NCBI GenBank assembly: GCA_964485195.1
Contig: CAZAIK010000007.1
Coordinates: 1 to 64,000, forward strand
DNA: 64,000 nt
Reading direction: 5' to 3'
Source: an uncultured Methanosarcinales archaeon
Lineage (GTDB): Archaea > Nanobdellota > Nanobdellia > Woesearchaeales > CAIVOO01
In this document: positions 37,006-47,548 of the stretch, piece by piece
How positions within the stretch are numbered: position 1 is the first letter of the stretch
How the letters are laid out: each line of letters opens with the position of its first letter
Program-made: the position numbers and the translations under genes
The notes under the pieces: generated by a model
Databases searched by the model: none
Told to the model about the DNA's origin: nothing
The model's input: only the letters and a program-made list of their open reading frames with translations

Positions 37006-37061
37006 TTCTGTAAGAAGGATTTTTGAGGTTATTTATAAATGTGATGGTGTTTTGTCTGGTA

Positions 37062-37379
37062 TTACATAATACGCCTCTCCTGAATAAAAAGGTATTCCAA
37101 ACCTGTAGGCAAAAGCTTTCCGAAGTCTGCTTTATGATTAAGGCCTTTGGACTCATCCTTGCCTATAATTATGCTTGTGGGAACACCGCACACCAGGCTG
37201 AGAGGCTCTAAAATTTCATATTCCATCTCTTCAAGCCCCTTCCTCATTCTTTTCCAGTTTTCTGAATTAAGATTGCCTTTTATTTCTGGGTTTTCTTCCA
37301 AAGACTTCAGACCCAAATGAAATGTCTGAAAGACTCGAAACCTTTGGCATTGTTCAGAAGATGTTTTTTGGTCTTCCAT
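37062..37379 (-). CDS. hypothetical protein
   Basis: 105-aa ORF preceded by GAGG. Confidence 0.4.
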   Translation of the reverse strand: MEDQKTSSEQCQRFRVFQTFHLGLKSLEENPEIKGNLNSENWKRMRKGLEEMEYEILEPLSLVCGVPTSIIIGKDESKGLNHKADFGKLLPTGLEYLFIQERRIM

Positions 37380-37496
37380 CCTCTGATGATTCTCTGAAAT
37401 AATATGTAAAACTTACTTTTTTAACTACTCTTAACTGATTAAAATTTTCAAAAAACTATATAAATAAGCTCTATCCCCTTTTTTATGGGGGTTTGG

Positions 37497-38240
37497 ATGA
37501 TAAATCTTGAGAGGCGAGCTGGATTACCAATATTTCTTAGGAAAGACAATAAATTAACCTCAAAAAGGGTAAATCTGCCCAAGCCTGATGTAAGGACATT
37601 GAAGCAGATAAGGCCGGTGCTTCTTGCCAAAAATCCCAAGAAGAAAAGATTCTATTATATGTACAGGAATGTTGCGCCTGACCCTGCCTTCACTAAACAT
37701 AACTTAAGGTATGACATCACTGTCATCCCGGGAAATCACGTTGGAAGGGAGGAGATAAAGACAACAGGACATTACCACGCGCATATCAAGGGCACAAATA
37801 TGACATATCCCGAGGTTTACCAGGTCATAAAGGGAAAGGCTGTTTTCCTTTTCCAGAAAAGGGTTAACAATAAAATAACAGATGTGATCGTTGCTAAGGC
37901 AAAGGCAGGAGACATTGTTCTCGTCCCGCCGAATTACGGCCACATTACCATAAACCCTTCCAAGGAAACACTGGTGATGGCCAATTTTGTCTACGGAAAA
38001 TTCAAGTCCCAGTACAAGGACATGCTTGAAAAGCACGGCGGGGCTTATTACGGGATAGAAAAGGATGGCAAGGTCAAGTTCATAAAAAACCCGAATTACA
38101 AGTCAGTGCCGAAGATAAGATACAAAACACCCAGATTCCAGGGATTAAAGTCGCCAATCCATACAGACTGCATTAAAAACCCTGAGAAGTACCTATTTTT
38201 GGTCAGGCCCCAGAAATACAAGGACAGGATGAATATATAG
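37497..38240 (+). CDS. pgi: cupin-type glucose-6-phosphate isomerase
   Basis: KTTGHYH...YPEVY...VPPNYGHITIN cupin motifs. Confidence 0.88.
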   Translation: MINLERRAGLPIFLRKDNKLTSKRVNLPKPDVRTLKQIRPVLLAKNPKKKRFYYMYRNVAPDPAFTKHNLRYDITVIPGNHVGREEIKTTGHYHAHIKGTNMTYPEVYQVIKGKAVFLFQKRVNNKITDVIVAKAKAGDIVLVPPNYGHITINPSKETLVMANFVYGKFKSQYKDMLEKHGGAYYGIEKDGKVKFIKNPNYKSVPKIRYKTPRFQGLKSPIHTDCIKNPEKYLFLVRPQKYKDRMNI

Positions 38241-38248
38241 GAGGACTT

Positions 38249-39133
38249 ATGGACAAGGAATATTTAATAGGAGTTGACCTCGGCGGGACCAAAATAGAGG
38301 CAGGGCTTGTGGACCTGAACGGAAAGGTTGTCAAGAAACTGCTTATGCCCACAGAGGCAAAGAAAGGAAAGCAAAAGGTAATACAGAACATTGTTTACGC
38401 TGTCAACAAGCTGAAGAAGGACAGGATAATAGGCGTGGGTGTGGGAGTGCCAGGCCCCACTGATTACAGGAAAGGGGTTGTGATCAACCCTCCCAATCTT
38501 CAGGGATGGAAGAAAGTCCCGCTGAAAAGAATCCTTGAGGAAAAGCTCAGGATGAATGTTGCGGTTGAAAACGATGCGAAATGCTTTGCCATAGCAGAAT
38601 ACAAGTGCGGCTATGAAAAAAAGGTCCAGAATCTTGTCGGGATAACTGTGGGAACAGGAATAGGCTCGGGAATTATAATTAATGGAAAGCTCCACAGGGG
38701 ATTGTCAGACAGCGCCGGGGAGATAGGCCATATGAGGGTTGTGCTCAAGGACGGAATCAAGTGCCCCTGCGGAGGCCAGGGCCATCTGGAACAGTACGCT
38801 TCAGGAAGGGCGATTGAAAGGATGTTCTATGAAAAGGCAAAGAAGAGAATGACTGCAGAGGAGATTGCCCAGATAATGAACAAGAACAAGAAGGCGAAGG
38901 AAGCAATAGAAACAGCTGCAAAATATCTCGGAATAGGCCTTGCCAATGTTGCAGTAACACTTGATCCCGAGGTTATAGTCGTGGACGGCAGCATTGCCCT
39001 GATAAGGAACTTTGTGAAGATGGCTGAGAGGGAGGCCAAGAAGCACATGAAAATCCTTCCAAAGCCCACTCCCATAATACATTCAAAAACAGAAGATGCG
39101 GGAGTACTGGGAGCGGCTTCTATTGTTTTTTAG
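38249..39133 (+). CDS. ROK family sugar kinase (glucokinase-like)
   Basis: GVDLGGTK, ENDA, GTGIGSG, GEIGH...CPCGGQGHLE. Confidence 0.93.
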   Translation: MDKEYLIGVDLGGTKIEAGLVDLNGKVVKKLLMPTEAKKGKQKVIQNIVYAVNKLKKDRIIGVGVGVPGPTDYRKGVVINPPNLQGWKKVPLKRILEEKLRMNVAVENDAKCFAIAEYKCGYEKKVQNLVGITVGTGIGSGIIINGKLHRGLSDSAGEIGHMRVVLKDGIKCPCGGQGHLEQYASGRAIERMFYEKAKKRMTAEEIAQIMNKNKKAKEAIETAAKYLGIGLANVAVTLDPEVIVVDGSIALIRNFVKMAEREAKKHMKILPKPTPIIHSKTEDAGVLGAASIVF

Positions 39134-39168
39134 TTAACTTTTTATAATTTACCTGCTTACTAGAACTA

Positions 39169-39501
39169 ATGGGAGTGGCTGGTAATTTATTTGGATTGCC
39201 TTTGCTGCGTTCTGTGACTAGAATGGGAAGCGCTTATAACACCCTGCTTGAAGAGTATTCCAGAGAGGCAATCTATGCTTCCCGGCTTCCTGCTGATTCT
39301 GATTTCGGCGTGCATGTTATACTGAAATGGCATCCGAAAATGACAGAGGAAGAATTGCAATTGGTTGAGGAAGAGAAAACAAAAGTTGGCAGCATCGCAA
39401 GGCGGATAGCTCAAGCCAGCAACCTGGAAGCCGTAGTTGAAGGGCCTTTTCTTCAGGCAGGAGGGGTTTATTCAATGAGGGTGATGCTGGACAGACCCTG
39501 A
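39169..39501 (+). CDS. hypothetical protein
   Basis: ORF downstream of TTTTATAA. Confidence 0.5.
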   Translation: MGVAGNLFGLPLLRSVTRMGSAYNTLLEEYSREAIYASRLPADSDFGVHVILKWHPKMTEEELQLVEEEKTKVGSIARRIAQASNLEAVVEGPFLQAGGVYSMRVMLDRP

Positions 39502-40236
39502 ACCCGACGGGTTGATGTCAACAATGCAAAACCTGTTCCTGTCCATCTCTCTCAGTTTTTCGTAAAAAGTTTCCCTTTCGCAGGCTATCAGGAAATCCAT
39601 TTCAGATTCTTCCAGGAAAAATCTCCTTTTTTTGCTGTCCCAGCGCTGAAATTTATATTCCAATGAATGCAAAACCAGCGAATCCTTTGGATTGAAATAG
39701 TCCTTCAAAAAAAGACTGAAGTAATGCTCAGCCAAGTCACCCCTTGTTTTTGATATTACCTTTTCACACAGTCCCGGCATCAAATGAAAAACCTTGTTTC
39801 TTTCCTCCCTTGAATTCTGCATAAGTTCAAAGGCATTTATCTTTTTGCTGTCCCTTGCAAACTCAGCGAAATCCCTTATTTCCCTGTCGGCATCTTCCAT
39901 CATTTTTTCATAGGCCAGCGTAAAGACATAAGAGTTCATCCCGAGAAGTGTAATTGCAAAGTCAAGAGGCCTTATCCTGAAATTTGGCTTCCTGGGGGTT
40001 AGGATTCCAAGCCCTGTTGCCACCTCAAAATCATCTATTTTATCATCCCTGTCCAGATTGTACTTTCTTATGCATTCATCAACATATTCCTTTTCCTTGC
40101 TGGCCTGGTACAGCTTGCTTCCTGAGCGCGTGCCCACAAAATGGTCATAACTGGTTACAATGGTAACTTCAAGGGCTGCAGCAAAGCCATAATCCTTGAT
40201 CTTGCCTGCGAGATGTTTTGGGTGGATTTTTCTCAT
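39472..40236 (-). CDS. hypothetical protein
   Basis: 254-aa ORF; weak PD-(D/E)xK-like ESEMDFLI near the C-terminus. Confidence 0.6.
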   Translation of the reverse strand: MRKIHPKHLAGKIKDYGFAAALEVTIVTSYDHFVGTRSGSKLYQASKEKEYVDECIRKYNLDRDDKIDDFEVATGLGILTPRKPNFRIRPLDFAITLLGMNSYVFTLAYEKMMEDADREIRDFAEFARDSKKINAFELMQNSREERNKVFHLMPGLCEKVISKTRGDLAEHYFSLFLKDYFNPKDSLVLHSLEYKFQRWDSKKRRFFLEESEMDFLIACERETFYEKLREMDRNRFCIVDINPSGSGSVQHHPH

Positions 40237-40310
40237 GTTTAACCACTATTAGGTAGTTTTATAAATGTTTTCATAATAATTTAAATATATTTATGCAACC
40301 CCTTTTCCTG

Positions 40311-41072
40311 ATGGTCAAGATAGGAATAATAGGGGGTTCGGGATTTGATGACCCTGACATTCTGAAGGAAAAAGAAGAAGTGGAAGTTGACACTCCTTAT
40401 GGAAAGCCGAGCTCTGTCCTGACAAAGGGAAAGATTGGGGGTGTTGACGTCGTGCTCCTGGCAAGGCACGGAAAGAAACACACAATCTATCCCACAGGCG
40501 TTAATTTCAGGGCAAACATACACGCCCTGAAAGAGCAGGGCATCACTCATATAATTGCAACAACAGCCTGCGGTTCCCTGAAGGAGGAGATAAAGCCCAA
40601 TGATTTTGTTCTCATAGACCAGTTCATTGACTTCACCAGGCACAGGAACGTGACATTTCACGAGGAAGGGGTTGTCCACACGCCAATGGCCGAGCCTTTC
40701 TGCAAGCAGTTAAGAAATGTATTGATCAACACTGCGCTGGAACTCCAGATTTCCCATCACGACAGGGGAACGATAATAACAATTGAAGGGCCCAGGTTTT
40801 CAACAATCGCGGAATCAAAAATGTTCAGGCAGTGGGGAGCTGACATAATAAACATGAGCACGGTGCCTGAAGTGATCCTGGCAAGGGAGGCAAAAATCTG
40901 CTACCAGGCAATTGCAATGTCAACTGATTACGACTGCTGGAAGGAAGACGAAGAGCCAGTCACGTGGGAGATGATTCTGAAAAGGATGGGAAAAAATTCT
41001 GAGAATGTCAAAAAACTGATAGTGGCAGCAATCCCAAAGATAAAAGAGGAGGAGTGCAAGCAGTGCAGATGA
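40311..41072 (+). CDS. mtnP: S-methyl-5'-thioadenosine phosphorylase
   Basis: [37 protein letters not shown]. Confidence 0.95.
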   Translation: MVKIGIIGGSGFDDPDILKEKEEVEVDTPYGKPSSVLTKGKIGGVDVVLLARHGKKHTIYPTGVNFRANIHALKEQGITHIIATTACGSLKEEIKPNDFVLIDQFIDFTRHRNVTFHEEGVVHTPMAEPFCKQLRNVLINTALELQISHHDRGTIITIEGPRFSTIAESKMFRQWGADIINMSTVPEVILAREAKICYQAIAMSTDYDCWKEDEEPVTWEMILKRMGKNSENVKKLIVAAIPKIKEEECKQCR

Positions 41073-41155
41073 TACAGGCTTCACGGGTTTTAATTGTTGA
41101 CAAAGAAAAAGTTCCTGCTGGAAAAATTTAAAAAATAAAAAATAAAAGCTATAAA

Positions 41156-41683
41156 ATGCCGATTAAGTCAAGAATTAGGAGCGTGCCTGACTGGCCCAAG
41201 AAGGGAATAATATTCAGGGACATCACCACTTTGCTGAAAGACCCTGTGGGCCTCAAATTGGTTATTGAGGATTTCCTGAAAAGATACAGGGACAAAAAAA
41301 TAGACACCATTGTCGGAATAGACTCAAGAGGATTTATTTTGGGAGGGGCTTTGGCTTACCTGATGGAGAAAGGCTTTGTTCCTGTCAGGAAAAAGGGAAA
41401 GCTTCCCCCTGAAACAGAAGCAGAAACCTACGAGCTTGAGTACGGCACGGACACTGTTGAAATGAGCAGGGGCTCGATAGAAAAAGGGAGCAAAGTGCTG
41501 ATTATTGACGACCTCATTGCGACAGGAGGGACAGCACTTGCCGCTGCCAACCTTGTCAGGAAGCTCGGCGGGGAAATTATGGAGATGGCATTCATCGTTG
41601 ACCTGCCTGATGTCGGCGGAAGCAGGAAGCTGAAAGAGGCAGGCCTTCCTTATTATGCCCAGGTGGAGTTTGAAGGGGACTAA
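41156..41683 (+). CDS. apt: adenine phosphoribosyltransferase
   Basis: PDWPKKGIIFRDITTL, VRKKGKLP, YELEYG, IIDDLIATGGT. Confidence 0.96.
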   Translation: MPIKSRIRSVPDWPKKGIIFRDITTLLKDPVGLKLVIEDFLKRYRDKKIDTIVGIDSRGFILGGALAYLMEKGFVPVRKKGKLPPETEAETYELEYGTDTVEMSRGSIEKGSKVLIIDDLIATGGTALAAANLVRKLGGEIMEMAFIVDLPDVGGSRKLKEAGLPYYAQVEFEGD

Positions 41684-41747
41684 TAAAGTTTAATTTTTTT
41701 TGCACATATACATTAACTATTTAAATCATTTTTGGCACTTGTTTTTC

Positions 41748-44183
41748 ATGATTCTCAAATCCCTGAAGCTGAACAACATAAGGAGCTATACAGATGAGGA
41801 GATTGTTTTTCCAGAGGGCTCCACGCTTTTGTCAGGGGACATTGGCGCAGGAAAGTCATCAATCCTGATGGCAGTGGAGTTTGCCCTGTTCGGGATAATG
41901 AGAGCGGAATTGTCAGGCAGTTCCTTGCTGAGAAACGGCAAGAATTCAGGGTTCATAGAGCTGGACTTTTCTGTTGACAACAAGGAAGTCAAAATAAGGA
42001 GAACGCTGAAGAGAAACAGGGATGCAATAAAGCAGGATGCAGGATTCATAGTGATAAATGGGGTGCAGTCTGACATGACGCCACTGGAGCTGAAGGCGAA
42101 GGTCGTAGAGCTTATTGGATACCCCGGGGATATGCTCACCTCTGCAAAATCATTAATCTTCAGATACACAGTTTACACGCCCCAGGAAGCGATGAAAAAA
42201 ATAGTTTTTGACGAACCAAGGGAAAGGCTCAACAACTTAAGAAAAATATTTGGGATTGACAAGTACAAGACAATAGCGTCAAATGCGGAGATAGTTTCCA
42301 AAAAACTGGGGGAAAAGGCAAGGCTTCTCTCTGAAAGGGTTGCCGACCTGGATGAAAAAACAAGGCAAAAACAGGAGGCAGAGAGCGAAGTTGAGAAATT
42401 CCACAACCAGCTTAATGAAATACTGCCCAGACTGAAAGAATCAAGGCAGGATTTTGAAGATAAAAAAAATGAGAAGGCAAAGAAAGAGGAGACATTCAAC
42501 AGGTACAACAAGATAAAGGGCGAGCTGGAAGTGATAAAAACAAAGCTGGAGGAAAAGGAAGGCAGCAAGAAGAGAGTTGAAGCAGAGCTGGAGGATATCA
42601 GGAAAGGCATACAAAAGCTTGAAAGCCAGTCAAAACAGCTTGATGTTCAGGTCTCGCTGGAAGGCCTGGAAGAGGGGCTGAAAAAGGACGAGCAGCACTA
42701 CACTGAAACTTTGAGCGCGCTCTCAGCACTGAAGTCAAAAAAGGCGGACAAGGAGAACAACATAAAACTTCTGAAAGAGGAGATAGAAGAGTTTGAGAAA
42801 AGGATGAGCCAGGCAGAAAAGAGGAAGAAGAAGCTTGACGAACTAAGGGAGCTGCTGACAGAAAAGGAATCCTTTGAGCAGAAACTGAAACAGGTTCAGG
42901 AGGAAATTGCAAAGCTGCAAAGAGAGGCAGCTGCGAAAGAGGCCTGGGAAAAAACAGCTGCAGAGCTGAAAGAATCCATAGATGAGATTGACAAATGCCC
43001 CCTGTGCCACCAGCCAATATTCCTGGGCCAGAAAGAGCAAATAAGGGAAGATCAGGAAAAGAGGATTCTGGAGTTAAAAGAAGAAATAAGGAATTCCGAT
43101 GTGAAAAGAAAGGCCCTTGAAGAGGACAGGGCAGAAACAGAGGCCAGGATAAAGAAGTTTGTGGAGATGGAGAAGGAGATAGAAAGGCTGAGCGGCGCAT
43201 TGGCTGATTCAAGATTCCTGGAAGAGGGCCACAATGAAAGAAAGGAAAGGCTTGTGAAAATGGAGCAGGAGCTGGAAGGGGTAGTGAAAAGAATAAAGGA
43301 TAATGATGCGGAAGAATTGCACAGGAAAGTCAAAAACAAGAGGGAGATACTGCAAAAGGCTAAAGAAGCAGAGGTTATGAGTAAGAACATCAGGGAAAAG
43401 GAAGAAAACAGGAAAAAGATGTTAAATTATCTCGATGAAATCAACAGGGAGATAAAGAGCATAAACTCCAAAAAGGCAGAACTGGCTGAACAGATGAAAG
43501 GGTTTGAGGGGATTGAGGAAAAACTCTCACTGGCCCAGAAAGAGATTGAAGAAATGGGTGAAAAGGTCAGACAGCTGGAGATGCAAAAGCTTTCATTTGA
43601 GAAAGACATTGAAAACAAGCAGAAAACACTGCAGGGCCTGAAGGAAGAGATAAGCAAAAAGAAAGAAACAAAGACAGCCATTCAAAAATTAACAGAAAAG
43701 CGGGCCTGGCTCAAGGACAAGTTCGCGCCTTTTGTCCAGCTGGTCGAAAGCCACATAATGCAGAAGGTTTATGAGGAATTTGACAGCCATTTCAAGCAGT
43801 GGGTATCAATTCTTCTTGAGGATGAAACTATAAATGCGCGCCTCGAGGAGGACTTCACCCCAAAAGTTGAGCAGGACGGCTATGAGATGAGTGTGGAGGA
43901 CTTAAGCGGCGGGGAAAAAACATCATTTGCCCTGGCATACAGGCTGGCGCTGAACAAGGTGATAAATGACGTGCTGTCAGCCATCAAAACCAAGCAGCTG
44001 CTGATTCTTGACGAGCCCACGGACGGCTTTTCATCAGAGCAGCTTGACAAGATGAGGGACATTCTGGAACAGCTGAACGCAAATCAGGTAATAATAGTAT
44101 CGCACGAGCCCAAGCTGGAATCGTTTGTGCAGAACATAATAAGGATAGACAAAAGCCACAGCGTGAGCAGGGCACTGGCATAA
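41748..44183 (+). CDS. rad50: Rad50/SbcC ATPase
   Basis: Walker A GDIGAGKS, coiled coil with CPLC zinc hook, LSGGE signature, LLILDEPT, VSH. Confidence 0.9.
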   Translation: MILKSLKLNNIRSYTDEEIVFPEGSTLLSGDIGAGKSSILMAVEFALFGIMRAELSGSSLLRNGKNSGFIELDFSVDNKEVKIRRTLKRNRDAIKQDAGFIVINGVQSDMTPLELKAKVVELIGYPGDMLTSAKSLIFRYTVYTPQEAMKKIVFDEPRERLNNLRKIFGIDKYKTIASNAEIVSKKLGEKARLLSERVADLDEKTRQKQEAESEVEKFHNQLNEILPRLKESRQDFEDKKNEKAKKEETFNRYNKIKGELEVIKTKLEEKEGSKKRVEAELEDIRKGIQKLESQSKQLDVQVSLEGLEEGLKKDEQHYTETLSALSALKSKKADKENNIKLLKEEIEEFEKRMSQAEKRKKKLDELRELLTEKESFEQKLKQVQEEIAKLQREAAAKEAWEKTAAELKESIDEIDKCPLCHQPIFLGQKEQIREDQEKRILELKEEIRNSDVKRKALEEDRAETEARIKKFVEMEKEIERLSGALADSRFLEEGHNERKERLVKMEQELEGVVKRIKDNDAEELHRKVKNKREILQKAKEAEVMSKNIREKEENRKKMLNYLDEINREIKSINSKKAELAEQMKGFEGIEEKLSLAQKEIEEMGEKVRQLEMQKLSFEKDIENKQKTLQGLKEEISKKKETKTAIQKLTEKRAWLKDKFAPFVQLVESHIMQKVYEEFDSHFKQWVSILLEDETINARLEEDFTPKVEQDGYEMSVEDLSGGEKTSFALAYRLALNKVINDVLSAIKTKQLLILDEPTDGFSSEQLDKMRDILEQLNANQVIIVSHEPKLESFVQNIIRIDKSHSVSRALA

Positions 44184-44215
44184 GGTTTAAATATTAGTGC
44201 CACTTTAAAATTGCG

Positions 44216-45616
44216 ATGCTGAAAAAAGCGGTGTTGATATGGATAATGCTTCTTCTTTTGCCTGTGGCATTTGCAAGCACCCTGACAATAGAGCCTGTAA
44301 AGGACCAGATATCCCCTTATGACGCTGCGGAATTTCTTTTGGCAGTCCACAACACAGGCAGGGATGACAAGTTCGTGCTTTCTTACGATGACCTGGACTG
44401 GTCAATACACACAAGCCCCCTCACTGACTACACCACAGGAATTTTTGTGGGCGCAGGGGAGGATTACACCACAACATTACTGGTCAAGCCAACCAAGGAC
44501 CCGGAGGAAATTTTCAAGAAGCACAGCATTGAGATAAAATTAAAATCAGAAAATACCGGAGAGGAATTGACTGAGATAATCAATGTCAATGTAAGGAAAG
44601 ACCTGATAGAATATCCTTTAAGAGTAAAGGCAGAATTCCTGATGCCTGAGGAAATCTTCCCGGTCAGGACAAATTCCATCAAAGTGAGACTGGAAAACAC
44701 AAACCCTCTTAACATAACTGAAATAAATATCACACTTAAAAGTAGCTTGTTCAGCAAGAGCACGTCTGTTGATCTGGAGCCCAAAAGCGAAAAGGTAATA
44801 GGCTTTTCCGTTAACCTCGACAGGCTGGTCTCCCCCCAGGAAGATGACGCAACTCTTGTGATCAGGGCAGCAAATGCAACTATAGCAAACATAACAAAGC
44901 ATTATTCTGTTGTCCCCTACGGAAAGTTCAGCTCCAGGACCAGCACTGAAAAGATATTCCTCGGCGAAAGGAAAACAATAACATACACTAACACAGGGAA
45001 TTCAGAGCAGACAGACGAAGTGCTGATAGATGCCGGCGGAGGGTTCAGAAGGCTTTTTACTTCCACAGAGCCGGATGCCAGGATAAAAAGGATAAACAAT
45101 GCTGAATATTACGCGATAGAACTGACTCTTTCTCCAGATGAGTCAGCGGACGTAACAGTCAAGACAAGCTACGCTCCCATATTATACATAATAATAATAC
45201 TCATCGTGGCAGGCATACTTTACTTTGCCTTCAGGACGCCGCTCATCGTGGGCAAGGAAGCAAAGGAAGTGGACATGGAAGAAGGAGGCATAGCAAGGGT
45301 CTCAATTCTCCTAAAACTGAAAAACAGGGGAACCAAAGAACTGAAAAACGTGAAAGTGATAGAAAAGGTGCCCAGCATAGCAAAAGTCCAGGTAAAGGAA
45401 AGCGAGACTTTGAAGCCGTCAAAGCACTACAATTACAAGGACGGCATGGTGATGGAATACAACATAGGCAAGATGGAGCCCGGCGAGATAAGGTTCATCA
45501 GTTATCATATGAAGACAAGGCTGGCAGTGATCGGCGGATTGAGGCTGAAGCCGGTGATAGCCCAATATGACGGCAGGAAAACATATTCAAACCCTGTTGA
45601 GGTTTACACTCCCTGA
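44216..45616 (+). CDS. secreted/membrane-anchored Ig-like (S-layer-associated type) protein
   Basis: Signal peptide, beta-rich domains, internal TM near aa 320-340. Confidence 0.75.
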   Translation: MLKKAVLIWIMLLLLPVAFASTLTIEPVKDQISPYDAAEFLLAVHNTGRDDKFVLSYDDLDWSIHTSPLTDYTTGIFVGAGEDYTTTLLVKPTKDPEEIFKKHSIEIKLKSENTGEELTEIINVNVRKDLIEYPLRVKAEFLMPEEIFPVRTNSIKVRLENTNPLNITEINITLKSSLFSKSTSVDLEPKSEKVIGFSVNLDRLVSPQEDDATLVIRAANATIANITKHYSVVPYGKFSSRTSTEKIFLGERKTITYTNTGNSEQTDEVLIDAGGGFRRLFTSTEPDARIKRINNAEYYAIELTLSPDESADVTVKTSYAPILYIIIILIVAGILYFAFRTPLIVGKEAKEVDMEEGGIARVSILLKLKNRGTKELKNVKVIEKVPSIAKVQVKESETLKPSKHYNYKDGMVMEYNIGKMEPGEIRFISYHMKTRLAVIGGLRLKPVIAQYDGRKTYSNPVEVYTP

Positions 45617-45667
45617 AAGTGGTTAAAAAAGGAAATATTTTAAAATAGTGCCTGTTTCTCTTTTTGC

Positions 45668-46561
45668 ATGGATGCCAGGAGTTTTTATGAATCAAGAGAA
45701 AAGGTGTTGGGCAGGATATTCTCACAGTTGCAGGCAGATTCACAGTCACTTTCTCCTGAACTGGCTCCGCCTGAAGCAATTGAGGACAGTATCCTAAGGG
45801 ACTTGCTCGCAATAAGCTATATATATGCAACAGGTTTTGCGGGAAAGAAAAGATTGATGGGGGAATTCGGAGGGGTTCTGCCACAAAACCCGGAAAACAA
45901 CAAAAGGATACTTGCTATTTCAAAGCCCAGCCTGGAGAAAGTAATGTGCGGGATAATTGCAAAAACCACGAAAAGCAGGAACTCACACTTGCCAAATAAT
46001 GCAGCAGAGCTTTTTTTTGGGCACGATGTGGACGCGCGAATGGACCCGATGCTTGAGGACGGCTCCGGGCTAACAATTGTGGATGGAAATCAGAATGTTG
46101 CGCATTACGACTTCACAACCTGCGCAGGGAAAAAAGATGTTCTTGACATCCTCAAAACAAATCTTTATCTCCTGCTTGGCGCGGAAGGGTTTTGTGTCTG
46201 TTCAAACAAGCACCTTCCTGGTCAGCAATATGTTTTCAATGTTCCTGCCAATCCAGAGCTTTTTGAAAAATTAAAACCGACCAGCATTGAAAAAATCGAA
46301 GAGAGAATAGAGATTGTCAAGAAAGCTAAAGAATGCATTTTGCCGCAAGATTATATTGCAGGATTTCACATAGCATATGAAAATAGGAGAGTTAATGTTG
46401 CGCCCCTCATCGCATCCAGTGACGCAGAGAAGCACAGCCAGTTCTTTTCAAAGCACGGCCTGGAATGTACGCCTTCTGCCATTTATGCAATTGGCGAAAG
46501 TGATGCTTTCGGAAGACCTGTAGGGATAGCAGTAAAGCCAATAGTTGATAACCAGGGTTAA
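45668..46561 (+). CDS. hypothetical protein
   Basis: 297-aa ORF. Confidence 0.65.
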   Translation: MDARSFYESREKVLGRIFSQLQADSQSLSPELAPPEAIEDSILRDLLAISYIYATGFAGKKRLMGEFGGVLPQNPENNKRILAISKPSLEKVMCGIIAKTTKSRNSHLPNNAAELFFGHDVDARMDPMLEDGSGLTIVDGNQNVAHYDFTTCAGKKDVLDILKTNLYLLLGAEGFCVCSNKHLPGQQYVFNVPANPELFEKLKPTSIEKIEERIEIVKKAKECILPQDYIAGFHIAYENRRVNVAPLIASSDAEKHSQFFSKHGLECTPSAIYAIGESDAFGRPVGIAVKPIVDNQG

Positions 46562-46696
46562 GTCAACTTGCCTGTGTTAGCGCCAAGCGTAGTCCGCGGT
46601 TAACCTGTCAGATGCCAGGTAAATCGGACGCTGAAGCATTTAACACTATGCCAACGGAGCGCGCTAACACAGCTACACAACTAACTTGACTTAACC
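46556..46696. ncRNA. candidate structured ncRNA (nested long stems)
   Basis: Perfect 11-bp (46556-66/46686-96) and 12-bp (46572-83/46661-72) stems enclosing two further hairpins. Confidence 0.55.
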
Positions 46697-46741
46697 AATA
46701 ACCAGTAATATTTATAAATCCCTGATTTTCTTCTTATTTTA

Positions 46742-46866
46742 CCCCGCTTAGCTCAACGGCAGAGCGTTCGGCTGTAGAAGACGCAAGACAAAATCCCTTA
46801 TGGGTTTAGGATGAGATGCGTCCAGCTGAAACCGAAAGGTTCCCAGTTCAAATCTGGGAGCGGGGA
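46742..46866 (+). tRNA. tRNA-Tyr(GTA) with canonical 37/38 intron (~46778-46830)
   Basis: CCCCGCT/AGCGGGG acceptor (C1:G72, A73), TTCGG/CCGAA anticodon stem, GTTCAAATC T arm; intron stem GACGCA/TGCGTC; relaxed BHB. Confidence 0.92.
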
Positions 46867-47215
46867 TACTTAAAATCTTTTCAATACTGGAAATAAATAA
46901 TTACGAAAGATTTATATACATTTTTGTACTAAATAAACATTAATAGGTGAACCACTAAAATGTCCCAAGCAGCTATACCTAATTTATTTGAACAGAAGGA
47001 AAGCAAATCAGCCTGTTGAGCGGAGACATCCACGAGTCTGCAAGAATAATAATACCCTCTGAAGAAATTATTCAGCAAGGGGAATGGCAGCCGGTCATTG
47101 AGTTCAATCCAGGAGCGGTTTATGACCATCTTGAAAGAAAAGATATAAAACCGTCTGCAGGGATTATGGGATTCAAAAACGATAAGGTAAGGGCCTATAC
47201 TGTTGATTAATAAAA

Positions 47216-47548
47216 ATGGAAAAGGAATATTCAAGGTTTTCAGCACAGTATGTGGGGCCCAGGGTGGGCACGGGAAAGGATGACATCCCATTCTCAGAGT
47301 TAGTCTCGGTCCTGGAATCATTTGGAGTGAAGGACCTTATTTACCAGCCTGTCCAGAAAAAGGTAGCGTTCTCTGTCAGCCCCGAGGAGCTTGAAAAATT
47401 AGGGGAACTGGACTGGCTTGAAAAGATAGAATTAATAGGGCAATTTGGCATATCTCCTGGGAAAAGGGCAGAGAATCCTGCGCCCAAAAGTGAAAGGTTA
47501 TGGGAGGAATTGCAGTATGGCATTGGGGAGGAGGAAACAGATAAATAG
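47216..47548 (+). CDS. hypothetical protein
   Basis: 110-aa ORF between tRNA genes. Confidence 0.5.
   Translation: MEKEYSRFSAQYVGPRVGTGKDDIPFSELVSVLESFGVKDLIYQPVQKKVAFSVSPEELEKLGELDWLEKIELIGQFGISPGKRAENPAPKSERLWEELQYGIGEEETDK

Noticed and set aside
46556..46696. SRP RNA, 5S rRNA or retron msr-msd
   Set aside because: CAGG and AGCA are not arranged around a GNRA stem, there is no 5S loop-C motif, and no reverse transcriptase is nearby.
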